Assembly: GCF_018977255.1 (NCBI RefSeq)
Contig: NW_024704742.1
Span: 74,898,001-74,962,000 of the forward strand
Direction: 5' to 3'
DNA from: Callorhinchus milii
Lineage: Eukaryota
Length of the DNA: 64,000 nt
Shown here: piece after piece, positions 24,546-38,084 of the stretch
Position numbering within the stretch: the first letter of the stretch is position 1
How the letters are laid out: every line of letters begins with the position of its first letter
Translations under genes and position numbers: made by a program
The notes under the pieces: model-generated
Seen by the model: only the letters and a program-made list of their open reading frames with translations
Databases searched by the model: none
What the model was told of the DNA's origin: nothing

Positions 24546-26319
24546 CTGTAGAAAATAAATTTGGAAAGAGGTCAGAATTCAACAATGACTACAATGTATT
24601 TAAATACCTTTGGTTCTATGACAGATTCAAATATCAATATTTTAGCGATATCTAAAATAAATGTTACACTTTATGTAGTCCCTTATGTCAAAATGCTTCA
24701 AAGTATGACACAAAATGAGTTAGTTTGAGGTGCAGAGGCTACTGTTAAACCAAGCAAATTTGGCAGCGAATCTTCAACCCCCACAAATAACATTGTTAAC
24801 AATCAGCTCAGATAAGCATGATGCAACAGAACATGTGATATGCTCAGATATTTAAATAATAATAATCCTTGCATCTGATGTAGCGCCTTATCACGTCTTC
24901 GAGACGTCTCAAAGCACTTCACAGAATATACTGTAAAGTGAAATGATTGTATATTTTGCGGGCGAAACGTGGTAGCCAATTGCACACAGCAGTGTCCCAC
25001 AAACAATCGTGGATTGAGTGACCAATTTATTATTATTATTATTATTTCTTTTGAAGGAATTATTAACCCTGGAATAGCGATCTGCCAATCGACTAACAAC
25101 CGGATTCCTACTTGCTAGGTAAACAAAGGTGTGTGGAGTAAGGAAACTTGCCCAAAGTTTTGCAACCTTGCCCAAATGTAGAACTAGTTTGACATGCTTC
25201 TGGTTTCTAGTAAATTTGACATAATTATTGGGTGCAAAATAAGTTTTTTTTTAAAAAAAATCTCATTTGGTATTTGATTTCTTTTTATTTTCATCATTGT
25301 TTCTGATGAATTTGGATGAGCTAGAAATATTGGGCAGAATGCTAAAATACCTTCCTGTTCTTCAGAGTATTTCTCTGGATCCTTAATTTTCATCTGAGCA
25401 GACAGATTGGATCTCAGTGCAAAACTCACACTCAAATATATCACTACCAATGCTGCAGTGCCTCACCACTGAACTGGAGTGTCAGTCTAAATTATAAACT
25501 CAACTTCTGATGTTAGATCTTCCTGAAGACCTTCCCCCTCTCCCTGGCTCGGCCTTGGTATCCACCATTGTTAAGGGCTCTGAGATGCCACCCGGAGTGG
25601 AGGGCGCTATATAAGTGTAAGTTGTTGTTGTTAGATATGGACTTGAAAAAGTGCACCTCAGCAAAGTAATAGCTCTACAGCTATCTTGTTGTCACTACTT
25701 CATAGTGTAAACTGTCAGCTCAGCAGAGAACAACACATACGTTGCTAACTTGTGAGATCTCAGTTCCAAAGCGATCTTGAGTCAAAGCCAGTCCTCATGA
25801 CGTAGCAAGTCTTAGCAAGTCCTCATGATGTACTTTGTGGTCCAGAATGCAGATTATACCTCTTAACACCTTGCTTTTGAGGCAATGAGATGACAATAAT
25901 GCTATTGGTTTCAACCCCACAAACTCAATTTTCAGACCTTGAGGCCAACTGAGACATTCTGAGTCTCAAATAAAAGAGAAAACCCAGATTTCACAAAAAG
26001 GAAGATTCAGTATGTCAATCAATTTATTGAACCCATCCAGTGTCAACTCTGATTCTTAAATCATTCCTCTCCATGTATTATGAACAGTTCTCCCAAAGAC
26101 ATACCACTCTTTTTAATCATTACAGCAGACAAACCCATTCCATGTAGTTTTTACATAGTTGAATGGTATTTATTCAAATTGAATTTACAAAGCAGCAAAA
26201 TGGAGTTTCATTTGCAATATTTGCCAACTGAGTGTGGTGTGATAAATATGATGAAGTGTTTCACAGCAAATGCTAGATAATCAAAATCCACCAGGATTTT
26301 ATTTGTTTTATTACTGCTT

Positions 26320-27300
26320 CTCTTCAATATCTACTTGGTGACATCATCTGCAGATATGGAGTCAACTTCTACATGTATGCAAATGACACCCAACTCTATC
26401 CCTCTGCCTCCACCCTCGACTCCAGGACCACTGCTGTACTGACAGAATGAGATGAGAGCTAACTTTTTCCAGTTGAATGTCAACAAGACCGAGGCTTTCC
26501 TGATTGGCTCCCGTCAGCGCCTCCACACCTCAAACGCTGACAGCATCACCATCCAAGGATGCACACTCCACCTCACTGAGCCAGTCATCTTGGCATCTTG
26601 TTTGATCCTCGACTGTCCTTTCTACCCCACATCTGTGCCATGACCCACTCTGCCTTCCCCCACCTCAGCAACATCGCCCGGCTCCCCCACTGATTCTCCC
26701 ATCATCCATGCACTCATAAGATCCAGGCTCAACTATACCAACTCCCTGCTTGTTGGCCTTTGCAGCTCTTCCCTGCACAAGCAGCAGATCATTCAGAATG
26801 CTGCAGCTCATGTCCTCTCCTGCACCAGGCTCCGTGACCCTATCACCCCCACCCTCGTCCAGATCCACTGGTTCCCATCCCCCAGAAGATAGAGTTCAAA
26901 ATCCTCCTCCTCGCCTTCAAAGCTCTCCACAGCCTTGCTCCTTCCTATTTCTGTGGCCTGCTAACTCCATATCGACCTGTCTGCTCCATCTGCTCAGCAA
27001 GCTCCATGTCCTCCGCCCAGCCCACCATTGGCAGTCAGGCCTTCAGCCTCTCTGCCTCCACCCTTTGGAAGTCCATCCCCCATCCCGTTGCCTCGCTCCC
27101 TCCCTTGCCTCCTTTCAAGGCACATCTCAAGATCCTCTTCTTCGACTGCACCTTCAGTAACCTTCCTACCTCTACCCTCCCTGCCCTCCACTTCACCTGA
27201 TCCCAAACCCCTGCTTGAGTCCAAATCCCTGACTGTCCAGCGTTTACCTGGGACGTCTTCCTGACATGAAAGGCATTATACAATATAATTTGCTGTTATT
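26320..27300 (+). mobile_element. L2 LINE RT-to-tail relic
   Basis: GVNFYMYANDTQLY..ANFFQLNVNKTEAFLIG; L2 tail. Confidence 0.88.
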
Positions 27301-28242
27301 GAATGTTGCTTGCTTGGGATTTGCAATTCATTAGATTCAAAATTCATCAGACTCAATTTTGGTATCCATCTTATTTGCAGGCATAATTTGCATCCAGTTC
27401 ATGAAAGTAAAAAATATTAGAAATTAGACCCAATGCTTCACTCATGCACACTGACTAAACAATACAGCTGTAAAGATAAGGGCTTGCCATAAATTTCGTA
27501 GTGCTACATCTTGAGCTACAGGCTTTAATTTTATTCATAAGCCTTGTGGATTTCAGGATTCACACATTAGCTTACCAGCTTTGCTGTGGCTCGTACATGT
27601 ACTCACAAAAGCAGTTTCAAAATCGATGAGGGCCGGCAGACAGAATGCTGAATAAATTATTCAGTTACAGCAATTAATATTGATACATTGTGTAAGGAAG
27701 ATGGCTTTTCTGTTCCTCAAATACCATTCGTCATGTATGAGTTACAGCAACAAATGTCAGCATTATATACATCTAGAGAGCATCAGTTTTGAAGCACAAG
27801 CTTGTCCTTAACCAATGTCCATACAACTGTACCCAGTGCAGGATACTGATCCAGAGTGTACACCTCAGGACCACTAGTTGTACTATTTTTTTTAAAGAAA
27901 TCATCATAAACATCCTTTTTTTTGGTAAAAAGAAAATTTTAACTATTTCAGGCACAGCGACGGTGTTTACCAATAAAGCAACTTGTATTTTTTTAGTATC
28001 TGACTTGCTATTCTGAGGTTCTGTTGCAAAATGAATCCAAGTTTTCACCAGGTTTACCCTCTATCAAAATTTTCCTCTTCAATTGTATCCTGCTTTTATG
28101 ACATAAAAAATAGACTTGAAAAAAACCTGAAACTATCTGGGTTTTTATTTTGGAGATTACAAAACACCCTTTAATGGCCTTTATGTGCATTCCAGTGTTA
28201 AGCTCTTTATACCAGTTTTAGGTCAAGGATTTACTTTCTTAC

Positions 28243-28278
28243 CTCAGCGCGAGGTCCCTCAGATTCCTCTCACATACC
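28243..28278 (-). CDS. CYP16A1: CYP16-like coding exon 4 (36-nt micro-exon)
   Basis: ttttacctccag|...|GTAAGA, phase 2 to 2; VCERNLRDLAL. Confidence 0.8.
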
Positions 28279-28412
28279 CTGGAGGTAAAATAAACCATTT
28301 GAGAATATATATATATATACACACACACATATATACACAATAATAATCCTTGCATTTGATATAGCACCTTATCATGTCTTTGACACGTCTCAAAGCGCTT
28401 CACAGGAATATG

Positions 28413-28731
28413 TGGAGTCCTGTAGCTCAGTGGTTAGAGCACTCGCTTTGCAAGCGAGAGACCTGAGTTCAATTCCAGGCAGGGCGAAACCTTGGGCAAG
28501 TTTCCTTACTCCACACAGAGCCTAATAATAATCCCTCCAAAAAAACAAAACAATAATAAATTGGTCATTTTCAATCCATGACTGTTTGTGGGACATTGCT
28601 GTGCGCTATTGGCTGTCGCGTTCGCCCACAAATATACAGTCAATTCACTTTACAGTGTGTTCTGTGAAGCGCTTTGGGACGTCCTCCCGACGTGAAAAGC
28701 GCTATATCAAATGCAAGGATTATTATTATTA
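28413..28731 (+). mobile_element. Full-length young SINE nested in an older minus-strand copy (28340-28412 and 28732-28875)
   Basis: The flanks join into a continuous reverse-strand SINE body. Confidence 0.92.
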
Positions 28732-29829
28732 TACAATAAAGTGGATTGACTGTGTATTTTGTGGGCAAAACACAGCAGCCAATTGTGCACAGCAGTGTCC
28801 CACAAACCATCGTGGAGTGAGTGACCAAATTATTATTTTTTATTTTTACCACCCCGGGAATTATTACCCCTGGAATAATATGTAACAGAATTTTAAAAAA
28901 TCAAAGAAAAATAATATACTTCAATAAATCTCGCAATATTTAAATATCAAAATACATTATGAATTTATTGTAACTCCTCCTTTAACCCATAGAGATTCAA
29001 TGAGGTGATTAACAACAACAACTTCCATTTATATATTACCCTCATGCAGGGTAGCATCCCAGAGCACTTGACAGTGATGGAGCATCACAATTAATGAATT
29101 ACCAAATTAACAATGAACTTAAATAAAAATTAAATTAACAATTAACAAATTAACCACTGGATTCCATCCAATTCATGAATTTGAAACTCTAAGAAGCAGT
29201 ACAGTATCATTGACTGCACTTGCAATTTGAATAAAATTCAGGATAACAACAGGGAAAGACTTAAGAATGATCAACTCTTTCAGAAATTGGTGAAATTGCT
29301 CTCACCTGCACAAGTTGCAGACAATCAGAAATCTGCAGCCTATCTCCCGTACAAGGCTCTGCAAAACTTACACCCACATCCTTGCTCAGCTCCACTGGTT
29401 CCCCAGTCCTCAGCGGATCAAATTCAAGAACTTCATGCTCACATTTAAATTCTTTTTGCCCACGTTCTCATCCACCCTACCTCTGAAACCACCTTCAACC
29501 TTATTAACCCTGCCATTCCCTTTATTCGGCAAACATTGGCCCACTCCATTCAGCCACTTGTCACCCGCTCTCAGAACTCCAACCACCAACTTGCTATCTC
29601 TCCTCTTTCAAGTACGCCTCAAAATGTACTTCTTTAACCACCCTTTTGCCATCTTTCCTCCCCTCACCACTCAGAATCATCCAGAATTGTCGATCTCTTT
29701 GGGATATCCTCCTGACGTGAGCTCTATACAAGTATAATGTTTATTGTATTGTATCTGACTCAATTGTACTAACAGTGAGAGAGTGGTCTTTCGAAATGGA
29801 CAAAAAAATAATAAAATTTGATCTCCACT

Positions 29830-30585
29830 AACACCTGCTCTCCTTCCCCCCGCACCATTCCATGCCAGTGTAGGAGATACAACACCTGCCCATTCACCTC
29901 CTCTGATACCACTGTCCAGGACCACAAACACTGCTTTCGGGTGAAACAGTGATTTACAAGTACTTCCACGAAAGCAGTTTACTGTATTCACTACTCACAA
30001 TGTGGTCTCCTCTACATCAGGGAGACCAAGCACAGATTGGTTGATCGCTTTGCCAAACACCTCCATTCTGTCCGCAAATGCAATCCAGAGCCTCTGGTTG
30101 CTTGCCACTTTAATTCTCCTTCCCTCTCTGACCTCTCTGTCCATGGCCTCCTACGCAATTCCAATAAAGCACAACGCAAGCTCGAGGAACAGCACTTAAT
30201 CTACATTTTAGTTACTTTGCAGCCCTCTAGCATTGATTTTAACTACTTCAGACCTTAACTACAGCTCACATCTTCTATAACCATTCACACATACTCTGGG
30301 TCGCAGATATATCTTTTCTTTCTCTAATCTCCCACTCTTGCTTTCTTTTGTCTTGCACCATCAACACCTCTGTGATCTTATCATCTCCTGTTCTCTATCT
30401 AATTTTTTCCCTTGTCTTTCTGCCCGCCCCCACACCCCGGCCTTTTCTGTTTGTCCTTATAAAATGCTCCCTTCCAACATCCCCCAGTTCTGATGAAAGG
30501 TCATTGACGTGAAACGTTAACTCACTTTCCTCTCTCCGTAGATGCTGCCAGACCTACTGAGGGTTCCCAGCAACTTCTGCTTTTA
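29830..30585 (+). mobile_element. Penelope-like retroelement 3' relic (GIY-YIG endonuclease C-terminus plus 3' region)
   Basis: Translates to CGLLYIRETKHRLVDRFAKHLHSVRK..VACHFNS..RKLEEQHLIYIL.TLQP..IDF, typical of the Penelope GIY-YIG domain. Confidence 0.85.
30486..30522 (+). ncRNA. Minimal type-I hammerhead ribozyme motif in the Penelope 3' region
   Basis: AGTT-CTGATGA-A-AGGTC-ATT-GACGT-GAAAC-GTT-AACT: both core boxes present, helix I AGUU/AACU, helix II with one mismatch, palindromic ACGU helix III. Confidence 0.7.
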
Positions 30586-30592
30586 TACTATA

Positions 30593-31301
30593 CTTGCTGT
30601 ACCCATTGCAGCTTCGCTTGCTACCAAAGGATCCAATATGGAATGTAAATTGACACACGCACATAGACCCACAGAGAGACATTTCACCTTTATCTAAACT
30701 CATCGGGAGAACTCCAGTGGGGTGAGCGGGGGGGGGCGGGGGAGACTCTGTGGGGGGGAAACTCCAGTGGGTTGGGGGAAATCCAGTGTGGGGGGGGGGA
30801 AACTCCAGTGGGGGTGGGGGAAACTCCAGTGGGGGGACTCAGCACTTTAAAAATGTAATTTTGTTGTTGTTGCCGTGGCTTAGCTTCGTCTGTGTTCTTT
30901 ATTTCGTCCCCACGGCTTGGCTACGTGCGTGCTCTGTGATGCAGGATGCCACAGTGCCACAGCCATCAGGTGTAACTACAATGCGTGTGTACATATGTAC
31001 ATTCTCTGTGTCGCCACAGCACCATGGCCATCCAGCATGGCCACCAGAAATAACTGCAGTGCGTGTGTACGTACATACACACAGCGCCACAATGACTTGG
31101 CAGCCACCAGGTGTAACTGCAGTAAAAAATACACATCCAAAAATAACTCATGAAAAATAGGAGATAACCAAAATCAAATATGCGCATGTACTCCTAGATG
31201 CAAGACCTTTCCGATGAGGTATAAATAATGTCTCTACGTCAACGGGTTATTGAGATCCTTCCTGAAGCACAGACAGACATTGTCGTTTTATTAGTATAAG
31301 A
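30593..31301 (-). mobile_element. Non-autonomous Helitron-like element
   Basis: Minus strand starts a|TCTTATACTAATAAAA..TGTCTGTCTGT and ends with a GCAAGC-GAA-GCTGC hairpin then ..GGGTACAGCAAG|t (CTAG-like terminus, A|T target); internal tandem repeats. Confidence 0.65.
30703..30840. repeat. G-rich tandem repeat (GGGGGAAACTCCAGTG) inside the Helitron
   Basis: About 5 visible degenerate units. Confidence 0.85.
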
Positions 31302-31495
31302 TAGAAGAAGATAGAGGATAGAAGATAAATGCAATTTGTTGTTGTCAATTTATTCAGCAGTGTATATCAACAACAAAAAAACTCAGAGCAGATTAATGTG
31401 AACAGTGGAGATATGTTGTTTTCTACAGGAGCTCAATAAGATACCATAAAAGTCACCATTAAATTTATGTGATTAATATCTACAGAAAATCCTAC

Positions 31496-31580
31496 CTGTT
31501 AATGTAATCTCCATACGCATCTAGTGATTTCTCTTTAAACAGCTGCATGAGTGATAATCTCAATAAATGAGCTTCTTCTC
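31496..31580 (-). CDS. CYP16A1: CYP16-like coding exon 3
   Basis: ctgttcag|...|GTAGGA, 85 nt, phase 1 to 2; GEEAHLLRLSLMQLFKEKSLDAYGDYINR (C-helix region). Confidence 0.85.
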
Positions 31581-32171
31581 CTGAACAGATGTGGAAATGA
31601 TTAATTGAGAAAATATTTAAAAAGCCACCACCATTAGAGAGATTTATAACAATACGTAAAACATGTCACAAACAACGGGCTTAAATCTCAATAAGTTTTA
31701 CAAACTGAATCAATAACCTTAATCAATTAAAGCTATTGTTATTATATCATGCAAACTAATAGGCAAACAGCATCTTTACTAATGTTTGTCAGTTTGCTCT
31801 TTCTGCTTAAATACTTTACAGTGCATTTTCTTTTAAAATTCAACAAGTTTTTGTTTTCAATTGTTTAAACATACATTTTGTGAAGTCATTGTACATTTTT
31901 GTAGTCGAGAAGTGTATTGGAATATTAGACTTGTTGGCATGGCTGTGCACACACTAGCATTGTTATGGGTTTAAAGTGGACACAATTTGTTTTGTCTGAA
32001 AACGTGGGTTCTGTTGTGCTGGATGGAGAAGAGAGGGTTACAGAGATGCTCTCTACCTTGACTAAAAGTTCTGTCACTGTCCTTGCCTTGCTTATTTCCC
32101 CACTGGAAGTGTCCTGTTTTCCTCTACTGGGGCAGCTTGTGGTAAGAAGGAACTTATTTTTCAAGTGATTC

Positions 32172-33515
32172 GACAACAACAACAACTTGGATTTATATAG
32201 CGCCCTCCACGCCGGACGGTGACTTAGAGCGCTTCACAGTAACAGATCCGGGGCTCCAAGCCAGTGGGAGGGGGAGGAAGGTGACCAAAGGCGCGATCGA
32301 AAGGAAAGGTCTTCAGCCGAGACCTGAAAATAAGAAGAGAGGGAGCAAGGCGAAGGGAGTGAGGAAGGGATTTCCTGAGCTTCGGGGCATAGTAGCTGAA
32401 GGCACGGCCGCCGAGGGTGGAGCGGAGGACTCGGGGGACAAGGAGGAGGCCAGACCCGGTGGAACGAAGGCAACGGCCACTGTTGTGAGGAGGAGGTCAG
32501 AGAGTTAGGGGCGTACAGAGGAGTGGAGGAATTTGAAGACAAGGGTGAGGATCTTGAAGTTGATCCTCTCTGGGACAAGCAGCCAATGCAGTCTGGGAAG
32601 GACTGGGGTAATCCAGGAGCGGAGTTTGATGCGGGTAAGAATGCGGGCGGCAGAGTTTTGTATGACCTGGATTTTATGGACGGTAGTGGTGGGGAAACTG
32701 GCAAAGAGGGCATTAGAATAGTCCAGCCGAGAGGTGACAAAGGCATGGACCAGGGTTTCAGTGGATTCATTAAGACGGGGTCCAGGTTACAACAACAACT
32801 TGCACTTAAAAAGCACCCATTACACAGGGTAGTGTCTCAGAGCGCTTAACAGTAGTGGAGCCTGATTCCAAGCGGGGTGGGGGTGTGGTGGGAGGTGACC
32901 GTAAGCACAGTCGAAAATAATAATAATAATCCTTGAATTTGATATAGCGCTTTTCACATCGGGAGGACGTCCCAAAGCGCTTCACAGAATACACTGTAAA
33001 GTGAATTGACTGTATATTTGTGGGCGAACTTGGCAGAATTGCGCAGAGCAATGTCCCACAAACAGTCATAGATTGAAAATGACCAATTTTTACTATTGTT
33101 TTGGTTTTTGGAGGGATTATTATTAGGCGTGTGGAGTAAGGAAACTTGCCCAAGGTTTCGCCCTGCCTGGAATTGAACTCAGGTCTCTCGCTTGCAAAGC
33201 AAGTGCTCTAACCACTGAGCTACAGGACTCCACAAAAGGAAGGTTTTCTGGCGGGACTTGAAAAAGGGGAGAGAGGGGGCAAGGGATTGATGGAGTGTTC
33301 CAGAGCTTCGGGGCACGGTGGCTGAATGTGCGACCCCCACTGATGGAGCAGAGGTCATGAGGGACAAGCAGGAGGCTGGTGCCAGTCGAGCAGAGGCACC
33401 ATTTGGTTTATTGGGGAGTGAGGAAGATCGGAGAGTTAGGGAGGTGCCATGGAGTGAAGGGATTTGAAAACGAGTGTGAGGATCTTGAAGTCGATCTGTT
33501 TGATGATGGAGAGCC
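32172..33515 (-). mobile_element. Two adjacent L2 3' fragments; the second is interrupted by a SINE at 32915-33232
   Basis: LHWL..RINFKIL motifs and two tails beginning at about 32172 and 32788. Confidence 0.85.
32915..33232 (-). mobile_element. Full-length young SINE
   Basis: Same family sequence. Confidence 0.95.
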
Positions 33516-34321
33516 AGTTACCTGGTATTTTTTCAGTCCAGCCAGAAGCCAAAGATCATTCCTCCTGATTTGAGGAAAAAATGCATTTCAGTCATCCGCT
33601 TGCCAAAAGCTGTGATTTGCGGTTCTCTTTTGCAGCTTACGAGATAAATATTTGATAGCAGTGGGCTTTGCAAATTCTCAAGTTTGGAAAAGATGCATAA
33701 AAGAGCATTGTTCAGTCTCTTTAGTCTAGATGTTTTGTGGAATATCAACCCAAACAAGAATTCTTCTACCTCTGAACACCTGCTGATATTTGCAGAGTCA
33801 TGAAGCAAACGCATATCAGGGCCAAACCCATCATACCTCTGTTTGGTTTGGCTATTTTTAAGCACAGTGATGGGTTTCCACATGAGTCAGACACCCGGCT
33901 GCTCCCAAGACTAAAGGTTATACGTTCAAGTGTTCTCGGAGCTGCCAACAAATATATGTCATTGTTTACTGGTAAATAAGAATAATATGGCCAGAACTTT
34001 AAAGTGCTCTTGTCAATCCTCACTGTTCTGACTTTACCTTTCAAAAATATTTACTAAAGTAGTGCATGTAAACTGGAAGGTAAGAGAAAGAAAGTATTAA
34101 TTTGGATCTAATCTTGGTTAGTTACCTGGTTAGTTTTGTGTGAGAGCTATTTCACTCCAAAGAGCTTTTGTGTGATTCATAATGACTTTGCACTTTCTAA
34201 AGATATCAAGCAGCACTAACAAAAATGATAATTGGATTTCAAATTCAGATCGTTCTTCAGTGATAGAAGAAATATCGTATGATATTATAATTTCAACACA
34301 GTCTACATAAGAACTTTACTA

Positions 34322-35123
34322 CAGTGAAACTCTGATAACTCACCTCTAGGATAAGTTCCATCAACCTCACATAACTCATCACTCATCAATATTCCAGCTG
34401 TTTAACTTAAGAAATGTTAATTATGATTTCTTGGATAACTTGTCACTCTGGATATAATGTGTTAAGTTTTCACACTTTTAAGACAGTGCTTCCATGTAAA
34501 ATACCTCTGATAACTCATCAATTGAAAAAGCAAATCCATAGTTGCAACAGGACTACTGGGCACTTTATACTTGGTTGCAACTGTGGATATGCAACTTATG
34601 ATTGTATGGCAAACAAAGATTATTCTGTGTCTGTGTCATTTTTGCTGTGCATTGTGTTATTAGCTTGCAATTGATGTATCCATACAGTTAATGTATACCA
34701 ATTACTGCAATTGTTTGCTCCTATTCAGTTTCTTGCATCGTATGAGTTAAATGTCTTAAAGATTTACGCAAGCATTTTAAATTTAAAAAAACTTAAATTT
34801 AGAAACTTCTTTCTCACACCAATTCAAATACCCACACACATGTTTGGTCGGGATAACAATATCTAATTTTATATTCAGTTAAATATCTTATGCCATGTAT
34901 TGGGTATTCAAATAAATAATACAGTATATATGCATTTTGAATGATAAAGTGTTTATTTATCAGTGGCTATGCCAATTATTAAATAAAGCACTGATATAGA
35001 GTAGCCCACATACACTATGGCTAATAGCAATGATACTTTGGATAACTCGTCAGCTCTGATAAGTCATAATTTAAGCTATCTCTCTTAGGGTAATGAGAGT
35101 TATCAGTTATCAGAATTTCACTG
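34322..35123. mobile_element. Non-autonomous Tc1/mariner-pogo (Tigger-like) DNA transposon
   Basis: TIRs CAGTGAAACTCTGATAACT and AGTTATCAGAATTTCACTG (18/19 match), TA on both flanks, internal GATAACT subrepeats, no transposase ORF. Confidence 0.8.
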
Positions 35124-36084
35124 TATTCTTTGGTACACAGTAAAATAACTAAAAAAAGTAACTAAAGTTCTAGGAAATACATAAAGTTCAAGAGAACAGA
35201 AATTTACAAATTTACAATTTATTGATACAATTTATGAGCAGCAATTAACACAAAAGAAACAGTTCACTGATGTAAGAAGAAAACTGAAGTGTAGAATCTA
35301 GGGTTCAGATTTAAGTTGGGGCTGAATACGATTGAATGAATATTGTGTAAAAGTACTAATAACCAAAATCAGTACAACTGTCTTTGTGTAAGCTGTTGAA
35401 GTATAATTCTTAAATAATTTCCATAAGTCAACATTAACACACTCTGCAGCCAATTTTTTGAGTTAAAGTTCAGTGCAAGAGCTTTCACCTTTATTGGATT
35501 CTTTGAAGAAATAATAGATAAACAAGCAAAACACAGTGCCTGTGCTATATATGGACTTCCAGAAGGCTTTTAATAAGGTGCTATACATGAGACTCACAAC
35601 TAAAATCTAGCTATATGGAGTCAAGGAAAAGATAGCAGAGTGGATTGAGATGGTGTGGGAGTTGGGATCCAGAATGCCATAATGTTTGTGAGGGAGTTTT
35701 GTAGGCGCTTGACTGAGGAGGAAAGGTCTTGTTTGGAGGAGGAGGGGTCCTGTGGGTGGGGCAGGAGTATGGATTACTCAAGAGCAGCAGAGAAGGAATG
35801 GCAGGGTGGTGGGGGGGGGGCAAATTCCTTTCGGGGCAGGAGACAATAGAGGGTTGGGTGGCAGGGAGAAGTTGAGGGAAATATTCCTGTGCTGGTGAGA
35901 GAAGAAGCTTATATTTGAGTTCAGTGGAATAATACTGAAAATACTTCATAATTTTAATTCAAAAATAGTTAGTAAACCAGTAAATAAAGATAGTAAACTT
36001 TAAGAATGTTTCTACTGAACAGGAAATCACAGACCAGTCACGTTAGCATTGTTTATGGGCAAGGCTTTTAGCACAACTAAATAA

Positions 36085-37190
36085 ACTAGTCACTTGGAGA
36101 AAGAGAATATAATTAAGAACAGCCAGCATGGACTTACAAAAATAGGTCATGCTTGACAAACCTTATCAAATTGTTTGAAGATGTAACCAGTAAAATAGAT
36201 GAGGGAAATGCGGTGGATGTAGCCTATCTGAATTTCCATAAGGCCTTTGATAAAGTGCCATATGAGAGGCTCATAACTAAAACAGGGGCATGTAGAAACA
36301 TAGGAAAAGTAGCAGAATGGATTAAAGAACAGTTAGGAAACCGAAAGCAAAAGGTAGGAGTTAAGGGCATCATCTCAGGATGGCAAGAAGTAGAAAGTGG
36401 TGTTCCATAGCGATCTGTGTTGGGACCGCTACTGTTCTAATATGCATATATCATCTGGATTCAGGTTTTGTAGGGTCAAAATTTGCTAATGACACCAACT
36501 TGGGCCTGAGGGTTGGTAAACAGTGAATCAGATTGCAAAAGAATGCAGGAAGACATAAACAGGCTAACAGAATGGGCAATTAGATGGCCAATTACGTTTA
36601 ATGTAGGAAAATTGCAAAGTAATTCACTTCGGCAGGAAAAATAAAGAAGCCGTCTATAATCCAGATGGTAGGAACCCAAGAGGAATAGAGGAGCAAAGAG
36701 ATTTGGAAATTCAGATCCATAACTCTCTAAAACTAGCTACACGGGTAGATAGGGCTATAAAAGGCCAATAGAGTCTTGAATGAGGACTCTATCCAGTGGA
36801 TAGAATACAAACGTGAGTAGGTGATTTTGAATTCATGCAAAACTTTATTTAGGCCACATTTGGAGTATTATGTCCAATTCTGCAGTCTCCACACTACAAG
36901 GATATAGCAGTGATGGAAAAAGTACAGCATAGATTTACTAGGATGATACCAGGGCTGGCAGGTAACTGATATCAGGATAGACTGAATAGGTTTGGCCTTT
37001 TTTTAAAACTAAAGAAGAAATCTTTGAGATGGGCCTAATGGAGGCATTTAAAATTATAAAAGAATTTGATAAGGTTAACATAAATAGGCTGTTTCCCTGG
37101 CTCGGGAAACCGTAACCAGGGGACACAAGCATAACACAGCGACTAGGGGATCTAAGATAATTTAGGAGGTATTTACTTCATGCAAAGATA
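36085..37190 (+). mobile_element. Older CR1 LINE ORF2 relic
   Basis: LTNLIKLFEDVTSKIDEGNAVDVAYLNFHKAFDKVP..SGVP with many stops. Confidence 0.9.
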
Positions 37191-38084
37191 GGGGTGCCAC
37201 CTCCTAGACTCAAAAATACTGGCCACAGACTCAAAAGGCACATCCTCGTTGACCCTCCACAATTCACTGGGCACCCTGCTACATAGCACTTCTCCTCTCA
37301 GGACTTTGACTTATTTCCTTGAGCACAGTACATTAAACCATGGGACCTTCAATGTGCAGCTTGAATAAATAGAATGTTAGACACCAGAACCATAATTTGA
37401 ATGCTCCAGACCCATCCTGTACACGCAATCTCACCTCACCTGAAAAAAAATGGCAATTACATTTTTCACTGGCACTGCTGAGATTGTGTAATTCGCAGCC
37501 TAAAGCAATGGTTGAATCAGATAGTGTATTTGCATTCAAGAGGAAGCTATATCTACACATCAGGGAAAGGAGAACAGAAGAGATTGGGAGGAGTAAGGAG
37601 TCGGTGGAGAATCATGTGGACTGTAAACAACAGGAATGGCCTATTTCCATGCCATACATTCTTTGTAAATCTTTGAACAGAGGGGGGGCATGTGGCACTC
37701 CACCCAAGCAAAGAACTTTGAATTACTTGAAATCAAGAAAAAACTTTGTAAGTAGGGAATTTAGAACAATATCGTTGGAGAATTGTGTACAAGGCTTATA
37801 GATATAGTTAGCAGGAAACGATTTAAGAAAATTATAACATAGCAAGTCTAAGTCTTTTCAGATTTTAGTTTGGAACCTTAAGTTTCTTGGCAACAATGTG
37901 GGATAAAGCGGTTAAACTGGTTTCCCACAGCTCAACCGAGAAATTGTTAACAATAATAATTTGATAATTCTTGCTTTTGATATAGTGCCTCATCACGTCT
38001 TCTAGACGTCTCAAAGCGCTTCACAGAATATACTGTGAAGTGAATTGACTGTATATTTTGTGAGCGAAACGCATCAGCCAATTG

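Noticed and set aside
33533..34044. 116-aa and 92-aa minus-strand ORFs in a CYP intron
   Set aside because: No recognisable domain or clean splice borders, and the CYP model is complete across this interval.
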